From NCBI RefSeq assembly GCF_031769215.1, contig NW_026782165.1, positions 186,001-250,000 on the forward strand: DNA of 64,000 nt, written 5' to 3'. Under the pieces are notes generated by a model. That model was not told where the DNA came from. It saw only the letters and a program-made list of their open reading frames with translations, and searched no databases. The DNA is from Ylistrum balloti. Lineage: Eukaryota. Of the stretch, positions 39,722 to 50,829 are shown piece after piece (within the stretch, counting starts at the first letter, position 1; each line of letters starts with the position of its first letter). The position numbers and the translations under genes are program-made.

Positions 39722-42700
39722 CTAAAACGTAAACACGTAAAGTGTTAACACTGTCAGTAAAGATATAAAACATTTCCAAGGCAAACAAGACCTGTAATAT
39801 AAAACCTATTAACATATTTTCACTACTGATAACATCGGTTTTTTTGTATGTGTGATAAGTCTGAATATTCCACAAATTGATATGATCTCGAGTGATATCA
39901 CATCCCCGGAAGTGATATGACAACCCCTTGAAAGCGATACCACAACCCCTTGAAACCATAGAAAGTGTTGTCACATTCCCTCTTAATTTGAAAAAAGCCT
40001 CTTCTTCTTATCGTTGTCTGATTTGAACATAAATATTGTTGGCCTGGAAGAAATGCGGTTTTTCCTTCGAAAAAGAATTTGAAAACCCCGCTCAAATGTC
40101 CGTATGGTGCCGATTCCGGATTGGTTTCCCTTATTAATGATACAACTACAGCTTTTAGTCTGCGAATGGTGAGGCAATGTTAGAAAAACTTGTTGCAAGA
40201 ATTGTCGAGTTGGATGAGTTAAAGAAAAAAAAAATATGATAAAGAGACAATTTTGATATCACACCCCTTACTAGCAAGAACGTCCTGAAATCAGTCAGAG
40301 GGCCGAAAGCTGTTATCAGGACTCGAGGACTGAAAAGGAGTGTGCTACAAAAAGAGTCATATAACAATCTTTAAATATTGGCCGTGGACACAATTGGAAG
40401 CCAATCTAGAAACATCAACAAGGAATGTATTATCGGATTCGAAAAGGTTGTACTTTTCAATATGCAATATCGATATTCAAACAGAGCATCTCCATACTGT
40501 ACCACTATATACGTGAATTGGACTTTTCTGAGTTTTTATTGTTAATTTTGATTGACTTAAATCATAGCGATATTTTAAATGCAAACATACACATACCTGA
40601 ATGGTTCTTTACCCCACCCTGCCATGGCTGTGAAAATCCTTGGTCCGAGATCCCGCGCAGGATTGATAGCATAACCACAATTAAAACCAAATGATGTGCC
40701 AATGGCAAAGACAATGGATCCTAGAGCAATTGGTTGAAGTCCTATACTTGGCAGCATGTTACGTTTATCTGTTATAGCCAGTATACAACTGATCAGCAGG
40801 AACGTTCCGAACACCTAAATAAAAGGAGACCAAGGAAAAGTGGCAAGGAAATTTAAAATAAGATAGAAATGTACTAATCACCTAGATAAAAAAAGGCAAC
40901 AAAGTGGAAATTTTGATACTTCATGGCAAATGGACGGAACCAAGAGACCTTCTTCACTGGGGCGAATGCTCTAACAAAAACGAAAGGCATTCCAAGGGAG
41001 ATGTTTGGAAGAAACAAAGTTGTTTAAAAAGTAGTAAATAAGCACTTTTTATGAAAAATGAAACAATGGGAAAAACACTGATATCTTTATTGCCGTTCAG
41101 AAAATTATACTAAAAGGATATTTTTTAAACATCAGAATGAAACGAATCAAGCGGTAGCGATGGAGATACAGACACAGACAAAAGAGGACGGCAATCAAAA
41201 CACATGAGACGCGATGGTCAAGACGATCACCGCAATTCGAGGAGGATAAGTAAAGCACATATGTTCATACAGAACAATGTACTCCGTTATAAGCTAAATT
41301 TGAAGAGTACAAACCCGTCAATGAATCAACAATAACTGGATATTTTTAGGTGAGTAATACACAGACACATACAATTAAAAAAACAAACAAACAAACAAAC
41401 AAAAACAAAACAAAAAAACTAAAATTTTATGATACCTGGTCAAAGAAAGTGCTGGTAGTAGACACAAATTCCTGTGGATACGTGGCGAATATCCCGGCAG
41501 TAGCGTTCACTCCTGTGGTTTGTCTATATCCAGAATCGTAATGGTTGATGGCATCTAGTATACATTAACAAAGGGATAGATATTTATCAAAATGTTTCTA
41601 TGTATGTCTTATTCAACTTAGTCTTTCTATTGTCAAGGACTAAACTCCGTATTACTTAGCTACTAATGTACTTTGGGTACTCTTTATTTCTTCACTTACT
41701 TTTTTCTTAGTTATTCTAACAACCAAATAGCTAAACAGGGAATATTGGACCAACATAAAACATATATTTTATCAAGTTTTGTTTGTGCTGTGTTCCCGTC
41801 TATCCATATGTACATTGATGTGTTTAAACCGTATTGTACATCCCATTGTCTGTTTGATCTTTGTGTTCCATTTAATTATTTCTTATTTTTCAGATTGCAG
41901 TAGCACAACTTCTTAAACAGAGTTCAGGTCAGGACGACCTATAAATCTGTCTAATGTTTATGACGGTGATATAAAATATCACTGCGATGTGCAATATAAT
42001 AGTTATTTTTGTTGTAAACACGTCATACCTGTATTGTTTGACGATAAAGGACAATACTGACCGTAATATATACCAAACTGGACGGCGGCGGCTGTAAAGG
42101 CCCCGGCTAGTTCCGCTATGGTATAGAACGGCCATTTAAACCAAGGCACGATCCCACGCAGGCAAAGAGCTAACGTCACGGCGGGGTTTAGTGACCCTCC
42201 TGCCCGAAGAAACGTAATGTCATGGAAATAAATCAGTTTGATACTTACATCAAACGTAAACAAACAATACATTTCACGTCATCTATTTCAGATGTATAAT
42301 TATTTATGTGTTACCAAAAAGGAAAACTTTTATTTGCTTTTTTTCATCCAAACAAAAACAAAAAGAAAATTGAGTAAATGAATAAGTATAATGGAGTATG
42401 GATTTGTTTCATGAAGTTTTCATTACGTCACAAGGTTGATAAATATATCGTCAAAGTGATTAATGGTTGATATACATGATTTGATGTGCTTTGTCATCTT
42501 ACCTGACAATGCGCCTTACCTGAAACGCCCCCGGAGAAGTAAATTCCTAGCGTTAATCCCATCCCACCGGCGAAATTAACAGTGAGAAAACTGCTGAACT
42601 CTTGACGACTAAGAACATATTGGGCACCAGAACCGATAGCAAACGTCTGGGAAAACATATAAAGGAATCAATAAGACAATCTATGTATTTTAAAGCATTG

Positions 42701-45700
42701 TTTATCCCTATGCTCCAAACACGGTATTTCCGATGGTTACTTGCCTTAACTTACCAGTCAGCTGTGTGAACCTTGTTATGTATAATAATATGATTTCTAT
42801 TTCGAAATAATGAATTCTTGTTTTGTTGATACAAAAAATAATTCCTCTACCTACGAGAGTTGATCTTAAAACCACGATATATATTTTAAATAACAATCTC
42901 GTAATATGAAGAAGTTGGTTGACCGTTACAAAGATAACAGTTTTTGCTGTAACATTGATACATTTTATTCAATCTGTTATTGTGTTTTCTTTTTACTTTT
43001 ACCGTATTTCAGCTTACGTCAATATTTTTCTTTTTCCATTTTGTTTCTTGATAGGTCAAACATCTCATTAAGCAGAGGAACGTATCATGCATATAGTTTA
43101 ATACTTCTGTAAGATATAACTTAATCCTTATTGACATCGTAAACATTATTTGACTTTCCTTTCGGCTTCATTATAAATCATACCACATTACCAGCAGCCT
43201 TCGCCAAAAACAAAGATGAACATGGATAAATGACAAACATCCAGAGGCGACAAATAATGCAAAGAAAATATCGCAATACCGAAACTCGCAAATCAAATTT
43301 ACATAGGAGTTTCATAACAGTAAATAGGACTTTTTTTTTTTTTACAAAATTTAGTTAGATAAAGAAGGGCAAAATCATTGATTAAAATGCATCATACAAC
43401 TATTTCGTCACTCTGGTATTCGTCAGTGATGCTAAGGGCATGGATATTGAAGCTTAGGAGGCGACTGTGGAAAATCCAAAGTGATCGAAAGAAAAGTCAA
43501 AATCTAGATGGTAGGTGTACTAGCCATATAGTTCAATACATGTTGTAATTTTCGTATATCTGACAAGTTTAGAATAACATCAAGTACACGTGTATATTTC
43601 TATCATTTGCAGTCCTTAGATTGTACATAATCCACACAAATGAATAACACCTTTAATACAAATTTGGTGAAATAGATTACGGACCAACAATGAATTAAAT
43701 TGCATCATGTAGCTGTTTCGTTCTTCATTCAGAAAATTATCTTATATGTTTTCAATGACGAAGTTACTAGAATATTAAAAAACAAATGATTTACAGGATT
43801 TGTATATAAATTAATTTTTATCTTTTACATCGATAAAGCGATATATGCTACATATTTTTTCAGTAGTTAGCTAGCATCTAGAGAACGCGTACCATGAATG
43901 TGGAACGTTTTATGCGTTCATTTGAATAACACAAGATCTAGATAACATGCCTTTGACTATTGCAATACTCCGTGACGCCTTTAAAAGTGTTTATACGTTG
44001 TTAATTGACTTGTCTTGACTTCACTTTACATATTTGAAATTCAGAAAATAGATGCATTAAAGAAGGATAAGCATTTCCTGTTCAGTCGATAAGGCTGTTC
44101 CAAACACCTGTCGAAAAGTTCCTGTCGCATTCCTGTTTTCACCTGTGAAATCTACGCTGACTCGATGACAAAAATACATAAAAAATTTCACAATCCAATA
44201 GTATAAACCTTTAAACATCCTGACAGAATACCCAGATAGTAGAAATCAAGGAAGAATATTAAGGAAGTGGTGACAAGGAAGGTTCGGGGTGGAATGGTAT
44301 AAAGGAAGTCTTTTAATTCTTTTTATGTTTGCAATATACTGTCGTTATCTTGTTACATTTCGAGAAATATTTATTATTCGTTTAGATTAAATATTTTACA
44401 ATTGGAAAAGTGCATTTTTATGTAATGCCGAGAAGTGAAATAAGGGAAAGGTGCCCAACTATGTACATTGAGTTTTGTGGTCTTTGTGTCACATATAAGT
44501 TGTCATGGAAAATTGAGATCACGATTTAATGTTGAAAGTATATGCCTTCAGAATCTAATAAGGAATTGTTCATCATGGCGCACAGTCAGCTGAAATTATA
44601 TGTTTTGCTTTATCGACACATACATCCTTGAAGACAAAATGATAACTATTTCAGTGAAAGTTTTTTACCTTTTAAGAGCCATTACACACGATCTAATAGA
44701 TTAAATAACAAAATTTTAAAGCACTTAACACGATATATGTATCATATTATAGTCCTTACTTTTACGTTTTACCGATTACATTATCAGATTACCATGACCT
44801 GCTTCTGTGCTTGACAACCATACTATTTTGAAACCCTCGATTGATGTGTCCTTTCGTCCTTACCACGAATACATGTAATACAGAGGGATAACTGATCTCC
44901 GACTGCAGTTTAGATCGATTGTTTATAACGCTTTAAAACCATAAACGGTAACCCCAGGTCAAAACGTGTTGATATGGAGTTTTCGTTTCAAAGATGACAT
45001 ACAAATATCACATAGAGTTATATTTTTTCTAGTTAGTTTCTGTTCAATATGATATTAAAACATATAATTAATTTTTAACTTATATGTCATAAGATTATGT
45101 CGTATTTTTGATATCATAAATTTTAATGATATTCTACTTCACCTTATATAAATTCCATTATCTAATATTATAAATACTTATATGGGACAATAAATTTCCG
45201 CTTGACATTACTTACTAATATACAATAAATTGGGTAAATAAATCCCCATCAATATGTTATTGTGGGTATCTTTAAGGCAGTTTTATTATGGCGTCCGGAA
45301 CTTTGCTTTTTCCTCTTGGAAGTTATCTCAAAGTGGAAGTATTTATGATAAGACTTGACGTCAAGTTCTGAAATAGCAATGGAGACATCTGGTTATAATG
45401 TCAGTGAAGAACGATGACCACGCATTCGCCATTTATGGCTTATGTGCTGCAAGGTCGTCGTTATTGACTTAAAGTTTACAGCATGTATGTCATATAACGA
45501 GGTTTCAAAATCTTTCGTTCTATAATATTAACTAGATTTTGTATGAATTTGTGTTTCAAGATTGAAAAAAAGAAGGTTATAANNNNNNNNNNNNNNNNNN
45601 NNNNNNNNNNNNNNNNNNNNNNNNNNNNNNNNNNNNNNNNNNNNNNNNNNNNNNNNNNNNNNNNNNNNNNNNNNNNNNNNNNNNNNNNNNNNNNNNNNNN

Positions 45701-48700
45701 NNNNNNNNNNNNNNTAAAACAAAACAAAATTGGAAAGAAAGCATTTGGAACACCTGAGGAGACAATATAACTAAACGAAAGCGAAAATTAAAAGGAAACA
45801 TACGATACTATTGGAAACCCTCCATTTTGCATGCTGTGATTTAACGAAAGTTCAAATATCAATTTGACAATTAATTATTATCTTTTACTTGAAACTTTTA
45901 ATAAAAAGAGATATATACGGAGAATATTGAAATGGTGTGGATGTAACAAATTTGTTAACTGACTGAGATGTTGCATTATAGAGTTTTGGTGAATGAAAAA
46001 GCTAGATATGGAGTTAAGCGAGAGTGACGACATATACGCACATCATTTCTCTGTTTATGAATATCTTTTCGACTTAATAATTTTTCTTCATGGAGTTCCT
46101 AATGTGCAATATTATCTTACGGTCGTCATGTTTGTCAATCTGTATTAGGATATTCTGTAGTAATTTATCAGCCAAACTTATCAAAGATCATAGCAGTAAA
46201 TCCTGAAGACTTACAAATCATTTGATTGTTGTATCTTCCGTATTTAAATTTATCTTGTCGACGGAAGTAAATGTCATATGTGTCTTGGACTAATAAAAGC
46301 CAGATATCACAAACGACAGCTCAATCCAATTTGATAATATATGAGGCGATCTAACAAAGCGGTGACAAAGAGGTCAGGACAGCTATCCAAAACTCACAAG
46401 TACGCTGGTCATAAAGAACAGGAATCTTAATCCTAAACGAGACTGGAAATAGCGAAACGTTATCAGAAAGGCTTCCAAGAGGAATAATTGGATTTCATTT
46501 CTATCGTATTTGCATATCAGGATATTGGAGGCTGGTTCGATTGGTAGTTTAAACATATTTCAAAATATGTTTCTATACTTGATTTTACCATTAGATAATG
46601 TCATTTTATTTGATAAAATGTCTGTTCAGCAATAGGTAGCTTATTGGATACAATACCTTGATAAATATATTTATTATTTAATTTATAGCTCCATCAGATG
46701 ATGACGCACAAAGTACAGCATATAATTACATAACTCACCTGTTATCTAGTGAATTCTATGTCACCAATGTAATATACCCTGAATAACTTTTCACTAGCTG
46801 TGCCAGTTTGAGATCGACAAGGATGTCATAATAAGGATAATAACATTACCTCGTGAATTGAAAAAGGCACAACAAATGGCACATACCTTTTTATTTGGTC
46901 ATTCGAATGTTTGACATTAGGGAGTGTCAAAATGTACATTTTATAGTTATATGATAAAAAGTAGCTTAACTTTGATTTTATTACATACAAGATGCTATAT
47001 AACTAGTCTGGAAGATTTAGATTTTGATCGGCAAGGTTATAATTTTGTTTTCAAAATTTCGTCTGAATCTCATTTCAGATCCTTTTATACACGCATTCAT
47101 TTTTGCAAAAACCAACCACACAACAACATGTTATAAATGAATGAAAATGATGAAGAACATAATGACTTAATGACTAAATATAGCAAAATACGATATCAAA
47201 TAGCGTTGCATAATTAGTGTGCTAAAGGTGTCGCTAATGCTGTGGTACCTCTCAGGTCTGCAAGAAGTTTGGATACTTTGATATCTCGAAATGTGAAACA
47301 TATATTGTCTGCACTTGTGAAATAAATTAGACTATTATATTATACTTAATGAGACAACATTAATGTCTATGAAATTAATGATAATTACCTATATGCAGTT
47401 ACGCTCCATATTTGCTGATGAAGCTTAGAAAACTGAATCGCAAAAAAACAATCCTACAAATAGCGAAAAGTGCTAATTCGTGAATAGATATTGTGGATAG
47501 ATAGTAAATGCAAAACAACATAATTATGTTATTAATTATGTAAGTTCTTATAAATCACTATAAAACCGATAACAAACAAACAAATAAGTCAGGGTTACAA
47601 TTTTCAGATCTTGAAGTTCCAATGGCAAATATGAGGAAGGATTACAATAAAATGTATCGGTTTTCTGTAGAACAAGAAGTTGTGACATACATGTAAGATA
47701 TGTGTGAAAAGTGATTTTGTATGAAATCCTTCTGCTTCGAACGATTTTGGGTTAGAATGTTTGCTCGAGTGTCAAGAAAATGGAAACTGACCATGTAAGT
47801 GAAAATAATATGCATATGTGCATAATAGAATCCATTGCCCCTTAGTACACTATGTAGTTTTTTATTTAAGTACTGGTTTTGTGTAATACATGTATACGTT
47901 TGTACAGTCTCATTAAATAATCTCGACAGGTGATTTTCATCCCATTTCCATTTGATTTTGAGTTTATTCTGCTGAAGTGTCATTTTCACAAATGAAAATT
48001 TTAAAGCGGTGTCATAATGATACACTAAAACATCTTTCCATGAATTGGCGCTGACGGATATTTAATTGGTAACTACATACATTAATGTCCCAATTCGGCA
48101 ATATCATATCCAGGTATTGTTATGAATAGTTATTTTGATGAGAAGCTTTATTATGCTTTTAATAGCCTGTGACTTCGATTTTATTAATGAATGCCATTTA
48201 CACATATGTATTTCTAATGTGTAACTTGGGAATCCTATAGAACAATGATCTAAAATAAATGTCTATAATTGACGCATCCATGCCTATAGATAAGGTTTAT
48301 TATGGAAAACATTTCTTTTTTAAGGAGAAAAGGTTCATCCAGTAGCCCTATACATATCTGCGAGGGCTTCAGATTTGGCCATTGGCTCTTCTATCCATGC
48401 TTCAGGTTGTGTCATGTGGAATTAGTGATTCAGTATCATCACATGTTAACATAACTGAGGGCCAAATTATTCAAAAGTTAAAACAGGGATTGTCTAAATA
48501 TTCATTAACAAAGATGTTCTTTAATATAACAATGTAAGGAATAATTAGATATGTATCATTTCAAATTCATGTTTTAACATAATACTTTTGATAGAATGCA
48601 TAACGACATACCTTCCATTCTTCTTCAAATTTTCAATGTAAGAACGCATTAGAAGTATATTTACATGTTAAGAAAATTGAAAGTCAAGCAATACGAAAAA

Positions 48701-48807
48701 AGAAATCAAAATATACTCACAACAAGTATGAAAGTCCCAATATATTCAGCTACTATCTCACGGGCTAACGGATTTTGCAGTCTCAAGAATTTCTTTATAG
48801 AAGACAT
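39505..48807 (-). CDS. Aquaglyceroporin (AQP3/7/9/10, GlpF-like), 301 aa, complete; complement join(48721-48807,42520-42646,42062-42199,41436-41554,40597-40814,39505-39721)
   Basis: 906 nt in frame from [29 protein letters not shown] to the stop. Two NPA boxes (GGSLNPAVT; [13 protein letters not shown], where the D after NPAR marks aquaglyceroporins), the AGIFATYP loop-C motif and WFWVPIVGP are all present. Confidence 0.95.
40597..40814 (-). CDS. Aquaglyceroporin exon 5 (VFGTFLL...[28 protein letters not shown])
   Basis: Second NPA box; 218 nt; AG|gtatgt donor. Confidence 0.95.
41436..41554 (-). CDS. Aquaglyceroporin exon 4 (AINHYDSG...[21 protein letters not shown])
   Basis: 119 nt; CAG|gtatca donor. 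Confidence 0.93.
42062..42199 (-). CDS. Aquaglyceroporin exon 3 ([15 protein letters not shown]...FGIYY)
   Basis: First NPA box; 138 nt; G|gtcagt donor. Confidence 0.95.
42520..42646 (-). CDS. Aquaglyceroporin exon 2 ([13 protein letters not shown]...[10 protein letters not shown])
   Basis: gttttcccag acceptor; CAG|gtaagg donor; 127 nt. Confidence 0.93.
43389..43503 (-). ncRNA. Repeat copy B with a degenerate minimal type I hammerhead (core 43389-43432)
   Basis: Minus strand reads GCATCA CTGACGA ATA ccagagt GAC GAAA T AGTT GTA TGATGC; perfect 6-bp stem I, damaged stem II. Confidence 0.7.
45583..45714. other. Assembly gap (132 N) in aquaglyceroporin intron 1
   Basis: Run of n characters. 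Confidence 1.
48721..48807 (-). CDS. Aquaglyceroporin exon 1 ([29 protein letters not shown])
   Basis: ATG at 48807; AEYIGTF TM1 motif; GTT|gtgagt donor. Confidence 0.9.
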
Positions 48808-49667
48808 GTTTATATTTCACTGAAGTACTTCCACGCCAGGTCACTCGTCCAGCCTGTATACATCAATCTTACTACACTTCTAGTAAGCTCTATTTCCGTT
48901 GGTGTATATCATTCCCTATCAGTTCGACTGATAAACGGGAGTATTGCTCGCTTCTTATAAGAATTTGGGTGACCCAACTAGGCCAAGAAAAAAAACTGTC
49001 AATGTTGATGTCAATTATGAGGTATACTTATTTGATTACAAAGTAAAGTGGTACAATCAAATAACACTACTTTATTAAAGATAATTATAAGTATGTGATT
49101 ACTTATTAGATATACTGTTTTCAGTTAATCAGATATTGTGTTATTTAGATTTTCCTCAAAATTTGTATATAGGATTTCCTCATTCATTTGCCAGTTTGCA
49201 ACGTTAGAATTATATTATAACTGACTTTGTATCGCAAGACCAAATTACCTGTTATACTTACCTGGTGTACAGCCACTTGTGCGTTTGAGTGGCAGCGTAA
49301 CAAGATGATGTGCCCTTGGACAATGCAGTCTTCCTACAAGATTTATTGTTGAACTAAGATGATACAACATGTTTGTGTTAAGCTCTGTCAGTTACAATGT
49401 CCACTGGTGCTTAGTTGACAGTAAATGTGGCAAATAAGTAATTTTTAGACATGTACGTAAGCAATCTGGACAGTGATGGACAACCGCAGGGTTTGCTGCT
49501 CGTCAGAAGCATAACAACATTATTATACATATTTAACCTTTTGTATAAATAACTGAGTAGTTTTTATATCTTGTTTAGGAGTAAAGAAGACCTGTATTTG
49601 AAGGTCTTCAAAAATTATCAGACATATGATCAATACGAAATCTACTGGCTGATACACCTTCCCCTCT

Positions 49668-49781
49668 CGATTTTGACTTTTGTCGATCAGTTTAGACTTT
49701 TCTCATTCGCCTCCTAGGTCTCAAAGGTTAGGCCCTTGTCATCATTGACGAGTCCTAGAACGACGAAACAGTTGTGTGACG
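49668..49781 (+). ncRNA. Repeat copy C with a degenerate minimal type I hammerhead (core 49740-49781)
   Basis: Plus strand reads CATCA TTGACGA GTC ctagaac GAC GAAA C AGTT GTG TGACG. Confidence 0.7.
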
Positions 49782-50649
49782 AAGTTTGGTTCGTTATATG
49801 GCTTTAATGTATTTAACTATATGCATACTTTTCCTATTATATTTAAATTAACGCACTTGTAAAACGTCCATGTACGTGTACTTTATTTAGAGACTTTACT
49901 TAACACCTTATATTGAGTAAGAATATTGCTATAGTTCAAAATATGCACATGAAGTTAATTTTTCTTGAATCTTATCAAATGTTGCAGGCTGCGCAATTAT
50001 GAGGTTCATGACCGCCGTGATTCTGTTAAAATCAAATCTGGATATTTTTATTTTACTAAGTCGACGCTTTGATTTCTTTACATTATTTCTAGCACAAACG
50101 TAAACACCTATAGGACAACTAAGGAAAAAGAACCTTTTTCTTATCAAAAGGGCAATTTTATTGTGGTGACTGCAGGATACTCCATAATGATGAACCTTTC
50201 AATCGTCCGATTTCTTTAAGCAATGATTTATTGTGATATCACTACCTTCCTTTTTGAGCTGACTTCCCAGACATGAACACATACGATTTTAGTATTCTTT
50301 ATGATATTTGTGGAAACGCGGTCAAGGAATGTGCTTATAGATTTGGAAATGGAGAAGAAAGTTCTCAAATTAGTTAGATTTAATCACACAATAGTTCCTT
50401 ATCTTGTTGCAGAATCATTATAATAATCAGATCGAAGAAAAAAAAAACAACTGATTTATGGTACGTGTATGTGTTACAAACATACATGTTTTACTTCACA
50501 CTCTAGAATACACATATGATTTAATTTATTTAATCTGATGTATACAGATGAAATAAATACATAGCTAATTAGCAACCGTGTGAAAGTTAATTATTAAACA
50601 AAAAACGTGGAACAAGCGTAAACAAGTGTGCAATATGCCGATTTATGGG

Positions 50650-50829
50650 CACTGCCAAACCTATCTATAGAGGCCACCAACGGGAGCAGAGAAAACATTG
50701 TCTTTACACACTGGTGACCTTTATAAAGAGGTTCAGTTACTTTGAATTGTTTAACATAAGGAACCAAAAAAGGGCGTTTTCCGACAGGTGACCTTTGCAT
50801 AAAGGTAGCTTTCAAAACGGGTTTAACTA
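50650..50829. mobile_element. Tc1/mariner-pogo-like MITE, about 180 bp, decayed
   Basis: Left end CACTGCCAAACCTATCTATAGAGGCCACC versus revcomp right end TAGTTAAACCCGTTTTGAAAGCTACC, followed by TA; internal repeated GGTGACCTTT. Confidence 0.45.

Noticed and set aside
45476-45801. ORFs spanning X runs
   Set aside because: Artefacts of the assembly gap
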